Origin: a bacterium
Lineage (GTDB): Bacteria; Sysuimicrobiota; Sysuimicrobiia; Sysuimicrobiales; Kaftiobacteriaceae
Length of the DNA stretch: 64,000 nucleotides
Reading direction: 5' to 3'
NCBI GenBank assembly: GCA_044868695.1
Contig: JBIOWP010000107.1
Coordinates: 4,966-68,965 of the forward strand
Shown: piece after piece, positions 53,734 through 62,370 of the stretch
How the letters are laid out: every line of letters begins with the position of its first letter
How positions within the stretch are numbered: position 1 is the first letter of the stretch
Notes under the pieces: generated by a model
The model's database searches: none
The model's input: the letters and a program-made list of their open reading frames with translations, nothing else
What the model was told of the DNA's origin: nothing
Translations under genes and position numbers: made by a program

Positions 53734-53869
53734 CGCTCGGATTATATCATTCCCAAAATTCGGCCGGGCAGGGCGCCGGCGGTCTGGCGCGAAGATACCC
53801 CCGCTTCCGAGCGCATGGTAAAATCGAATCTGTAGTCTACAAGTCAAGAATCGTGCGCAGGAGGCAGGC

Positions 53870-55063
53870 ATGACTCTGACAGCCCGCCCGGGCCCGCTTC
53901 TGGCCAAGGATCAGATCGAGCGGTACTCCCGCCAGACGATCCTTGAAGAGATCGGCGTCGCGGGGCAGCGCAAACTCTTGGACAGCAGGGTGCTGATCGT
54001 CGGCGCCGGAGGACTGGGCAGCCCGTCGGCCATCTACCTCGCCGCGGCCGGGATCGGCACGCTGGGTATCGTGGACGGCGACCGCGTCGATCTCTCCAAC
54101 CTCCACCGCCAGGTGATGCACTTCACGCACGACATCGGCAGGCCGAAGACCCAGTCCGCGCGGCGGACGCTGGAGGACATCAATCCCGACGTCACCGTCG
54201 TCCCGCACCAGACGGTCCTGACCAGCGAGAACGCGATGGACATCATTTCAGACTATGACCTCGTCATCAACGGCAGCGACAACTTCCCGACGCGCTATCT
54301 GGTCAACGACGCGACCGTCATGTTGCGCAAGCCGCTCGTCGACGCCAGCATTCTGAAGTGGGAGGGGCAGGCCACCGTCTTCCTGCCGGGCCACGGCTGC
54401 TACCGCTGCCTGTTTCCCACGCCGCCGCCTCCGGGGACGGTGCCCAGCTGCGCCGAGGGCGGAATCGTCGGCGCGCTCGCGGGCTTCATGGGAACGCTGC
54501 AGGCGGTGGAGGCCATCAAGATCCTCGTCGGCAAGGGTGAGACGCTGGCCAACCGCCTGTTCATCTACGACGCGCTGATCGGCGAGATCCGCACGCTGCG
54601 CTGGAACCGGAATCCGGATTGCCCGGTGTGCGGCGACCACCCGACGGTCACCCAGCTCATCGATTACGAGGCCTTCTGCGGCGTGCCCGGTCGCGAGCCG
54701 TCGCATGCGCCCGCGGTCGCCGTGGCGCGCACGCCGGAGGTGTCCGTGGCCGAGGCGAAGGCGATGCTGGACCGCGGCGAGGCCCAACTGGTTGATGTGC
54801 GGGAAGTCTGGGAGTGGGTGACCGCCCGCATTCCCGGCGCCGCGCTGATTCCGATGGGCGAGCTGGCCCAGCGCATCTCGGAAATCCCCAAGGATCGCAC
54901 CGTGATCATTCACTGCGCCACCGGGCAGCGCAGCGCTACTGTGACGGATGCGCTGCGCGACGCCGGATATGCCCAGACGTTCAACCTGGCCGGTGGGATC
55001 GTGGCGTGGATGAACGAACAACTACCGGTGGAAGCGGGGCCGCCCGAGAAACACCAACCGTGA
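53870..55063 (+). CDS. moeB: MoeB/ThiF-family adenylyltransferase fused to rhodanese (MoeZ-like)
   Basis: RYSRQ, VGAGGLGSP, SNLHRQ, GSDNFPTRY, CYRC, PSCAEGG, CPVC, rhodanese DVRE..E and HCATGQRS. Confidence 0.93.
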   Translation: MTLTARPGPLLAKDQIERYSRQTILEEIGVAGQRKLLDSRVLIVGAGGLGSPSAIYLAAAGIGTLGIVDGDRVDLSNLHRQVMHFTHDIGRPKTQSARRTLEDINPDVTVVPHQTVLTSENAMDIISDYDLVINGSDNFPTRYLVNDATVMLRKPLVDASILKWEGQATVFLPGHGCYRCLFPTPPPPGTVPSCAEGGIVGALAGFMGTLQAVEAIKILVGKGETLANRLFIYDALIGEIRTLRWNRNPDCPVCGDHPTVTQLIDYEAFCGVPGREPSHAPAVAVARTPEVSVAEAKAMLDRGEAQLVDVREVWEWVTARIPGAALIPMGELAQRISEIPKDRTVIIHCATGQRSATVTDALRDAGYAQTFNLAGGIVAWMNEQLPVEAGPPEKHQP

Positions 55064-55206
55064 CCAGGGACCGGGCACCAGGGACCAGAAACCAGCCTCA
55101 TACATTTCTCATGCGCGGCGAAGGAGTCGGCTCGTGACGTCTGACGGGCAAAGCGCCCAAACGACAGCTGTTTCCACCAGGTCTCGGGTCCCTGGTCCCC
55201 GGTCCC
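55062..55206. repeat. Inverted pair of GGGACCN heptamer arrays (copy 3, degenerate)
   Basis: GACCAGGGACCGGGCACCAGGGACCAG after the moeB stop; GGGTCCC-TGGTCCC-CGGTCCC before the next gene. Confidence 0.8.
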
Positions 55207-55214
55207 AGTCAGTT

Positions 55215-56252
55215 ATGCGTCAGGCGATCCTGCGCGAGCCGCGGCAAATTGAGCTCATCACCCGTCCCGTTCCCATGCCGGGGCCGGGGGAAGTGCTGCT
55301 GCGCGTGCGCGCCGCGCTCACCTGCGGGACCGATCTGAAGACCTACCGCCGCGGGCATCCGAAGGTGCCGTTCGGCCCATTCGGCCATGAGTGCGCCGGC
55401 GACGTTGCCGCGGTGGGCCGCGGGGTCCATCACATCCGTGAGGGCGACGCGGTGGCGCCGACGCCCACGGCACCCTGCGGCGTCTGCTCGTCCTGCCGGC
55501 GCGGCCGCGAGAACCTCTGCGAAAGCCAGTTTGAAGGCATCGTGCTCGGCGCGTACGCGGACTACCTCCTGGTGTCCGCGAGGGTCGCGGCCAGACACCT
55601 GCTCCGCAAGCCTGAGGGCCTGTCGTACATTGAGGCCGCGTTCCTGGAGCCGCTCTCGTGTGTCATCCACGCGTGGGAGCGCCTGCGCCCCCGTCCGGTC
55701 GAGCAGGTCGCCGTGGCCGGGCTGGGTGCAATCGGACTGCTGCACATCAAAATGGCGAAAGCCGCGGGAGCGCGCGTCATTGCGGTCGGCCGCCGCCAGG
55801 AGCGCCTCGACCTCGCGGCGCGGCTGGGCGCCGACGCGGTCGTGGACACGCAGCAGCCGGGGGTCGCCGAGCAAGTCCACGAGCTTACCGGCGGTCTCGG
55901 GCCCGATCTGGTCATCGAGTGCACGGGGAGCCCCGCGCTGTGGGTGGAGTCCCCGCGGTGGGCCGCTCCGGGCGGCCGCGTCGTCTTGTTCGCCGGCCTG
56001 GCGGCCGGCACGCAGGTCGCGTTCGACGCGACCCGGCTGCACTATGAGGAAGTGGATATCATCAACACGTTCCACTACAGGCCGCGTGACGTGGACGAGG
56101 CCCACCACCTGCTCGCGACCGGCGGCGTGGATGTGCGGCCGCTGGTGAGCGGGGTCAAGGAACTCACCAACATCATCGACGTGTTCGCTTCGCTCGACCG
56201 CGGCAACGGAGTGAAGTACGCTATTCTTCCCGAGGCGACGGCGTGGGCGTAG
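55215..56252 (+). CDS. Zn-dependent MDR dehydrogenase (1 of 2)
   Basis: CGTD, GHE, CGVCSSC...NLC, EPL, GLGAIG. Confidence 0.9.
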   Translation: MRQAILREPRQIELITRPVPMPGPGEVLLRVRAALTCGTDLKTYRRGHPKVPFGPFGHECAGDVAAVGRGVHHIREGDAVAPTPTAPCGVCSSCRRGRENLCESQFEGIVLGAYADYLLVSARVAARHLLRKPEGLSYIEAAFLEPLSCVIHAWERLRPRPVEQVAVAGLGAIGLLHIKMAKAAGARVIAVGRRQERLDLAARLGADAVVDTQQPGVAEQVHELTGGLGPDLVIECTGSPALWVESPRWAAPGGRVVLFAGLAAGTQVAFDATRLHYEEVDIINTFHYRPRDVDEAHHLLATGGVDVRPLVSGVKELTNIIDVFASLDRGNGVKYAILPEATAWA

Positions 56253-57301
56253 AAAGTCTGCGCGCGGCCGCGGCCACCAGCACCCGCGCCGTTGTCTATC
56301 ACACCTCCGACGACCTCCGCCTGGAAGATGTGCCCCTGCCCGGCATCAAGGCAGGCGAGCTCCTTGTACGCATCCGGGCCTGCGGCCTGTGCCCCGGCGA
56401 GGCAATGGGCTGGTACATGGCGCGCAAGGCGCCGCTGGTTCCCGGCCACGAGCCGGTGGCCGAAGTCGTACAGGCCGGCGCGCAGGTGACCGGGTTTGCG
56501 CCCGGCGACCGTATCTTCGTCCATCACCACGCGCCCTGCCTGACCTGCCGGTCCTGCCGGCGCGGGGACTACGTGCACTGTCCCACTTTTCGCCGGACGA
56601 AGCTCGTGCCGGGCGGCCTGTCGGAGTTTGCAATCGTCCCGGAAGAGATCGTGCGCGGCGACGTGCTGCGAATTCCCGACGGGCTGTCCGATGAGGCCGC
56701 GACGTTTGTCGAGCCCCTGGCATGTGTGGTGAAGGCAGTCCGCCGCGCGGGCATGGCTCCCGGCGACCGGGTGCTGGTCATCGGTCTGGGCGTCATGGGG
56801 ATGCTGCACGTGATGTTGGCCCGCAGGCTGGGAGTGGACCTCCTCATCGGCGCCGACCGCGTGCCGTCTAGGCTGGCCCGTGCCGCAGGCAGCGGCGCGC
56901 ACGCCGTCGTTGATGTAACACGCGAGTCGCTGGACGAAGCGGTGCGGGCCCGCACCGATGGGCAGGGCGCCGACGTTGTCATCGTCGGACCGGGAACGGT
57001 CGAGGCGATGGACCTCGGATTTCGCTGCGTCGCCCCCGGAGGCACGCTGGTGCTGTTTACGCCTACGCCGCCCGGCGTGGTCTGGCCGTTCAACGCTCAC
57101 GATGCGTACTTCCGTGAAATCCAGATCGTGCCGAGCTACTCTGCGGGTCCGCCGCAGACGGAGGAAGCGCTGCAGTGGCTGGCGGACGGCCTGCCGGTAG
57201 AGACGCTTGTCACGCACCGGTACTCTCTGGATGGCGCCGCAGAGGGGTATCGCCTGGTGCGCGAAGCTACTGAGGCTCTGAAAGTCGTGGTCAGGCCGTG
57301 A
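56243..57301 (+). CDS. Zn-dependent MDR dehydrogenase (2 of 2)
   Basis: CPGE, GHE, HHAPCLTCRSC...VHC, EPLAC, GLGVMG. Confidence 0.9.
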   Translation: MGVESLRAAAATSTRAVVYHTSDDLRLEDVPLPGIKAGELLVRIRACGLCPGEAMGWYMARKAPLVPGHEPVAEVVQAGAQVTGFAPGDRIFVHHHAPCLTCRSCRRGDYVHCPTFRRTKLVPGGLSEFAIVPEEIVRGDVLRIPDGLSDEAATFVEPLACVVKAVRRAGMAPGDRVLVIGLGVMGMLHVMLARRLGVDLLIGADRVPSRLARAAGSGAHAVVDVTRESLDEAVRARTDGQGADVVIVGPGTVEAMDLGFRCVAPGGTLVLFTPTPPGVVWPFNAHDAYFREIQIVPSYSAGPPQTEEALQWLADGLPVETLVTHRYSLDGAAEGYRLVREATEALKVVVRP

Positions 57302-57912
57302 ACGAGCACCCCGAGGACAGCAGCTGCGAATTGCCCGGCGCCGCGCCGCAGGACGGGCGTCGGCACCGGCGGTTCGACGGAGCGGCGTGGGACGGCGTCA
57401 CGCCCCAGGTGTACAAGCTCGGCGGAGCCGCGGCCCCGGGGGCCGGCTGGCGGGACGTCATTCGCCACACGCTGCTCGGCGGTGCGGGCGAGCCCGCGGC
57501 GTTTCAGCTGCGCTACTTCGAGATCGCGCCCGGCGGATACTCGAGTCTGGAAAAGCATAGGCACGTGCACTCGATTGTCGTACTGCGCGGTGCCGGCACC
57601 GTGATCGTCGGCCGCGACGTGTTCGACGTGGGGCCGCTCGACCTGGTGTACGTTCCCCCGGAGGCACCCCACCAGTTCGTGAACGCGGGATCCGAGCCGT
57701 TCGGGTTCCTGTGCCCGGTGGACGCCGACCGCGACCCGCCGCAACCCCTCACCGCAGAGGAACTGCGCGCCTTGCTGGACGATCCCAAGGTCCGCCAGGC
57801 CGTGCGGATTGGAGAAACTACGGGACCAGGGACCAGGGACCTGGGACCTGAGGCGGTTGCTGAGAAGAGTCGTTACTGGTCCCCGGTCCCGGGTCCCCGG
57901 TCCCGCATTTGA
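57298..57912 (+). CDS. Cupin domain protein (resembles MTXu-5-P methylsulfurylase-type cupins), C-terminus repeat-derived
   Basis: LRYFEIAPGGYSSLEKH.HVH, DLVYVPPEAPHQF, EPFGFLC.VDADRD.PQ. Confidence 0.8.
   Translation: MNEHPEDSSCELPGAAPQDGRRHRRFDGAAWDGVTPQVYKLGGAAAPGAGWRDVIRHTLLGGAGEPAAFQLRYFEIAPGGYSSLEKHRHVHSIVVLRGAGTVIVGRDVFDVGPLDLVYVPPEAPHQFVNAGSEPFGFLCPVDADRDPPQPLTAEELRALLDDPKVRQAVRIGETTGPGTRDLGPEAVAEKSRYWSPVPGPRSRI
57822..57904. repeat. Inverted pair of GGGACCN heptamer arrays (copy 4), inside the cupin 3' end
   Basis: GGGACCA x2-GGGACCT x2 and complementary NGGTCCC x4. Confidence 0.85.
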
Positions 57913-57919
57913 GGCGTGT

Positions 57920-57948
57920 TTGACTTGGCGTCTCACGGCGCGTAGAAT
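57920..57948 (+). promoter_or_regulatory. Sigma70-type promoter for hesB-nifU
   Basis: TTGACT (57920-25), 17 nt, TAGAAT (57943-48), GGAGG RBS downstream. Confidence 0.75.
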
Positions 57949-57969
57949 GTGCGTGGAGGTCTTCTCTCG

Positions 57970-58359
57970 ATGATCACCATCACCGATCAGGCCGCGACGA
58001 AACTCAAGGAGCTCCTGCTGACACAGGAGCAGCCCGACCTCTACCTCCGGCTGTTCATCCAGCCCGGCGGGTGCGAGGGGTTTTCGTACGGCATGGGGTT
58101 CGATGCCGAGCGTCGCGATGACGACCAGATCTTTGAGCGCGGCGGGGTGAAGGTGCTGGTGGACGCCACCAGCCTTCAGTACCTGAGCGGCGCGCAGATC
58201 GATTACGCGAAGTCGACCTTCGGCGAAGGCTTCACTGTCCGCAACCCCAACGCGGTGTCCACGTGCGGGTGCGGGCACTCGTTCAAGACGCGCCATGCCG
58301 AGGGCCGGCCCGAGCCGTGCGACGACGCGACGGCGCAAACACAGACGACTCAAGCTTAG
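57970..58359 (+). CDS. HesB/IscA/ErpA family Fe-S A-type carrier
   Basis: ITITDQA, LRL..QPGGCEGFSY, VDATS..YL.G..IDY, NPNA.STCGCG.SF. Confidence 0.95.
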   Translation: MITITDQAATKLKELLLTQEQPDLYLRLFIQPGGCEGFSYGMGFDAERRDDDQIFERGGVKVLVDATSLQYLSGAQIDYAKSTFGEGFTVRNPNAVSTCGCGHSFKTRHAEGRPEPCDDATAQTQTTQA

Positions 58360-58369
58360 GAGCGCAGCG

Positions 58370-58627
58370 ATGGCACAGCAGGTGCAGACCCAAGAGGGCG
58401 GTCTTCGGGAGCGGGTGGAGCAGGTGCTGGATTCCATCCGGCCCTACATCCAGGGCGACGGCGGCGACATTGAGCTCCTCGACGTTACCGACGGGGTCGT
58501 CCAGATTCGCCTGGCCGGGGCCTGCGTCGGGTGCATGCACTCGATGATGACCCTCCAGGTCGGCGTCGAGCGCATGCTCAAGGAAGCCCTGCCCGAGATC
58601 AAGGCCGTCGAAGCGATGCCCTTCTAA
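58370..58627 (+). CDS. NifU-like (Nfu) Fe-S scaffold domain protein
   Basis: IRPYIQGDGGDIEL, RLAGACVGC (CxxC), TLQ.GVER.L. Confidence 0.93.
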   Translation: MAQQVQTQEGGLRERVEQVLDSIRPYIQGDGGDIELLDVTDGVVQIRLAGACVGCMHSMMTLQVGVERMLKEALPEIKAVEAMPF

Positions 58628-58638
58628 CACGAAACAAC

Positions 58639-58798
58639 GGGACCTGGGACCTGGGACCAGGCAAGATCGAGAACCGACAGAAGATGGAGGCTTCCGCCGC
58701 ACGGGCGGGAGCCTTTTGTTATCCTTGAAGACACAGGCGTGAGGCTGGGCGGAGGCTGTTAGTGCTGTTCCGGTCCCCGGTCCCGGGTCCCCGGTCCC
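58639..58798. repeat. Inverted pair of GGGACCN heptamer arrays (copy 5) enclosing a terminator
   Basis: GGGACCT x2-GGGACCA at 58639; CGGTCCC/GGGTCCC array ending 58798. Confidence 0.85.
58688..58720 (+). terminator. Rho-independent terminator after nifU
   Basis: Stem AGGCTTCCGCC/GGCGGGAGCCT, loop GCACG, followed by TTTGTT. Confidence 0.75.
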
Positions 58799-58813
58799 GC
58801 GGTTGAGCGTGCG

Positions 58814-60274
58814 ATGTCCGTCTCCTGGTCACATATCCTAAGGAAGGTCGACGACTACCGGTGGGAGATCCCGACCTCCTACAAGCCCGGTATGCGCGTG
58901 CCGGGGCTCGTGTTCGCAGACGAGCGCATGCTGCGGCAGATCGCCGGAGAGCAGGCCCTCGACCAGGTCGCAAACGTCGCCATGCTGCCGGGCATCGTCG
59001 GACACTCGCTCGCGATGCCGGATATTCACTGGGGCTACGGATTTCCGGTTGGTGGTGTGGCGGCATTTCGCGCTGATGATGGCATCATCAGCCCTGGCGG
59101 GATCGGTTTTGACGTAAATTGTGGGGTCCGTCTCATTCGCACGAATCTCACTGAGTCCGATGTGAAGCCGAAACTCCAGCCCCTGGTCGATGCGCTGTTC
59201 GTGAACGTCCCCTCCGGCGTCGGGTCCACCGGCCGCGTGAAAGTCGGCATGGGCGAGATCGACGACGTGCTCAAGGGCGGCGCGCGGTGGGCGGTGCAGA
59301 AGAGTTTCGGCTGGCCCGAGGATCTCGAGGTGATCGAGTCCCACGGCAGCCTGCCACAGGCCGATCCACACACGGTCAGCGACTCGGCCAAACAGCGCGG
59401 CCGCGGTCAGATCGGAACGCTGGGGTCCGGCAACCACTTCCTGGAAGTGCAGATTGTGGACGAGGTCTTCGATCGTACGGCGGCGCGTGCGATGGGGATC
59501 GAGGAGGAAGGGCAGGTCGTGATCCTCATTCACGTGGGTTCGCGCGGGCTGGGCCACCAGGTGTGCACCGACTACCTGCGCACGGCCGAGCGCGCGGCCC
59601 GCGAGCATGGGATCGACCTGGCCGACCGGCAGCTCGCGTGCATGCCCTTCCAGTCGCCGGAAGGGCAGAGCTATTTCGGCGCCATGAGCGCCGCGGCAAA
59701 CTTCGCCTGGGCGAATCGCCAGATGATCACCCACTGGGTGCGGGAGTCGTTCAGCCGGGTGCTCGGCCAGAGCGCCGAGCGGATGGGCATGGCGCTCGTG
59801 TACGATGTCGCCCACAACATCGGGAAGATCGAGGAGTACTCTGTCGATGGGGAGACGCAGCGCCTCATCGTCCACCGGAAAGGCGCCACGCGCGCCTTCC
59901 CGCCCGGTCATCCCGACGTCCCGGAGAAATACCGCGCCGTCGGCCAGCCGGTGCTCGTGCCCGGCGACATGGGCCGCTATTCCTTCATCGCCGTCGGGAC
60001 AGGGGAGGCGATGCGGATTTCCTTCGGCTCCACCTGTCACGGCGCCGGCCGGGTGATGGGACGCAAACAGGCCGTCCGGGCCTTGGCGGGCGTGGACATC
60101 GCCGAGCAGCTGCGCAGGCAGGGGATCCTGGTGCGCGCCCAGGACCGAGGGCTGCTCGCCGAGGAGGCCCCCGCCGCATACAAAGATGTGGCTGACGTCG
60201 TCGGCATCTGCCATGCAGTCGGCATCAGCCGCCGCGTTGCGCGCACGAGACCGCTTGGCGTGGTGAAGGGCTGA
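58814..60274 (+). CDS. rtcB: RtcB RNA 2',3'-cyclic phosphate ligase
   Basis: MPDIHWGYGFPVGG, GFDVNCG, GSGNHFLE, HVGSRG, DVAHN, HRKGATR, STCHGAGR, EEAP.AYK. Confidence 0.96.
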   Translation: MSVSWSHILRKVDDYRWEIPTSYKPGMRVPGLVFADERMLRQIAGEQALDQVANVAMLPGIVGHSLAMPDIHWGYGFPVGGVAAFRADDGIISPGGIGFDVNCGVRLIRTNLTESDVKPKLQPLVDALFVNVPSGVGSTGRVKVGMGEIDDVLKGGARWAVQKSFGWPEDLEVIESHGSLPQADPHTVSDSAKQRGRGQIGTLGSGNHFLEVQIVDEVFDRTAARAMGIEEEGQVVILIHVGSRGLGHQVCTDYLRTAERAAREHGIDLADRQLACMPFQSPEGQSYFGAMSAAANFAWANRQMITHWVRESFSRVLGQSAERMGMALVYDVAHNIGKIEEYSVDGETQRLIVHRKGATRAFPPGHPDVPEKYRAVGQPVLVPGDMGRYSFIAVGTGEAMRISFGSTCHGAGRVMGRKQAVRALAGVDIAEQLRRQGILVRAQDRGLLAEEAPAAYKDVADVVGICHAVGISRRVARTRPLGVVKG

Positions 60275-60276
60275 CC

Positions 60277-61197
60277 ATGGAGGATTTTCCCCTGAAAGGG
60301 GTATGGTTCTACGATCGCTATACGGCGGCTGAGGTTCATGCGCACCGCTGCGGGCCGATCATCGCACGCGCCCGCACGCAGTATCAGGACGTCGTGATCC
60401 AGGAATTCGACCACCTCGGCCGTTGTCTGGTGGTCGACGGCAAAATCCAATCCGCCGAAATCGACGAGTACATCTATCATGAGCTCCTCGTCCATCCGGC
60501 GATGATCGCCCACCCGAACCCCCGCCGGGTGCTGGTCTGCGGGGGCGGCGAGGGCGCACCGCTGCGGGAGATCCTCCGGCATCTGACGGTGGAGTCCGTC
60601 GTCATGATGGACATCGACCGGGAGCTCGTGGCGCTGTGCCGGGAACACCTGTCGTCCTGGCACGCCGGCGCCTTCGATGACCCCCGCGTGCAGGTGCGCC
60701 ACGGGGACGCCCGGGCGTACGTGGAACAGAGTCGCGACCGCTTCGATGTTGTGATCAACGACATCACCGATCCCATCGAAGGCGGCCCCAGCAAGATGCT
60801 GTTCACCCGGCAGTTCTACGCTGCCGTCGCCAAGGTCCTCAATCCCGACGGCATCTTTGTCACGCAGGCCATCGGCGTCCACTACGACGCGGTCGACCGG
60901 CTGCACGCCGCCATCCACCGGACGGTCCGCGAGGTCTTCCCGCATGCGCGCTCCTACTGCGACTACGTCATGTCATTCGACTACCCGTGGGCCTTCGTGG
61001 CGGGATCGCGTCAGACGGTGTGGGACCGCCTGAGCGCGCCGGAGGTGGACCGCCGCCTCCACGCGCGGAGTATCACCCTGCGCTTTTACGACGGCGAGAC
61101 GCACATGCGCGTGATGAACCTGCCCAAGCCCCTGCGGAAACTCATCGCGGACGAAAAGACAATCATTACCGACGAAGAACCACTCATCGTCGAGTGA
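60277..61197 (+). CDS. speE: Polyamine aminopropyltransferase (spermidine synthase family)
   Basis: [14 protein letters not shown]...[28 protein letters not shown]. Confidence 0.92.
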   Translation: MEDFPLKGVWFYDRYTAAEVHAHRCGPIIARARTQYQDVVIQEFDHLGRCLVVDGKIQSAEIDEYIYHELLVHPAMIAHPNPRRVLVCGGGEGAPLREILRHLTVESVVMMDIDRELVALCREHLSSWHAGAFDDPRVQVRHGDARAYVEQSRDRFDVVINDITDPIEGGPSKMLFTRQFYAAVAKVLNPDGIFVTQAIGVHYDAVDRLHAAIHRTVREVFPHARSYCDYVMSFDYPWAFVAGSRQTVWDRLSAPEVDRRLHARSITLRFYDGETHMRVMNLPKPLRKLIADEKTIITDEEPLIVE

Positions 61198-62351
61198 CAG
61201 TGCGGATAGAATTCACTGAGGACCAACGCATACTGCACCGCACGGTGCGCGATTTCGCTGCCGCGGAACTTAAGCCCGGCGCGGCGGCCCGGGACCGCGA
61301 CGGGAAGTTCCCCCTGCCGCTGGTGCCGAAGCTCGCGTCACTCGGCCTGCTGGGCCTGGTGGTCCCCCAGGAGTTCGGCGGGGCCGGGCTCGACCTGGTC
61401 GGCGCGATGCTGGCCATTGAGGCGGTCTCCTGGGGCGACGCGTCCGTCGGCCTTACCGTCGCCTCCCACAACTCCCTCTGCACCGGCCATCTCCTGCAAT
61501 TTGGCAGCGCCGAGCAGAAACAGCGTTATCTCCCTCGCCTCGCGCGGGGCGAAGCGCTGGGCGCCTGGTGTCTCACCGAGCCGGCCGCGGGCAGCGACGC
61601 CGGGGCGATCCAGACGCGGGCCGTCCGCACGGGCCAGGGCTGGGTGCTGAACGGTTCAAAGGTATTCGTCACGCAGGGCAGCGTGGCCGGGGTATATGTT
61701 GTGTTGGCCGTGACCGACCCCCAGACCGCTCCGCACCGCATTTCGGCGTTCGTCGTCGAGCGGGACAACCGCGGGCTTCGCGTCGGCAAGAAAGAAGACA
61801 AGCTCGGGCTTCGCGCCAGCGACACCGCAGAGGTCGTGTTCGAGGACTGTGCGGTTCCCGCTGCCGCCCTGATCGGGGCCGACGGGGAAGGATTCGCCCA
61901 GGCGATGCGCGTGCTCGAGCGCGGACGCATCGGCATCGGCGCCATGGCGGTCGGGATCGGGCGCGCCGCGCTGGACGACAGCGTCGCTTACGGCACGCAG
62001 CGAAAGACCTTCGGGAAGGCGGTCACCGACCACCAGGCGATCCAGTTCATGCTGGCCGACATGGCCATGGAGCTCGACGCCGCGTGGCTGCTGGTGCTGC
62101 GGGCCGCGCAGCTGGTCGACCTCGGACAGCCGTTTCGCCGCGAAGCCTCGATGGCCAAGCTCTACGCGTCGGAGGCGGCCGCGCGTGCCACGGCCAAAGC
62201 CGTCCAGATCCACGGTGGGTATGGTTTCATCAAGGACTATCCGGTCGAGCGCTACTATCGCGATGTGAAGCTGACGGAGATCGGCGAGGGAACATCTGAG
62301 ATTCAACGAATCATCATTGCCAAATCCTTGCTAGAGGAACAGCGGGACTAG
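61194..62351 (+). CDS. Acyl-CoA dehydrogenase
   Basis: [55 protein letters not shown]. Confidence 0.93.
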   Translation: MTVRIEFTEDQRILHRTVRDFAAAELKPGAAARDRDGKFPLPLVPKLASLGLLGLVVPQEFGGAGLDLVGAMLAIEAVSWGDASVGLTVASHNSLCTGHLLQFGSAEQKQRYLPRLARGEALGAWCLTEPAAGSDAGAIQTRAVRTGQGWVLNGSKVFVTQGSVAGVYVVLAVTDPQTAPHRISAFVVERDNRGLRVGKKEDKLGLRASDTAEVVFEDCAVPAAALIGADGEGFAQAMRVLERGRIGIGAMAVGIGRAALDDSVAYGTQRKTFGKAVTDHQAIQFMLADMAMELDAAWLLVLRAAQLVDLGQPFRREASMAKLYASEAAARATAKAVQIHGGYGFIKDYPVERYYRDVKLTEIGEGTSEIQRIIIAKSLLEEQRD

Positions 62352-62370
62352 GGACTTGGGACTCGGGACT
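62344..62370. repeat. Heptamer tandem array GGGACTN x4 (unpaired in window)
   Basis: GGGACTA-GGGACTT-GGGACTC-GGGACT spanning the acyl-CoA dehydrogenase stop and the next start. Confidence 0.8.
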
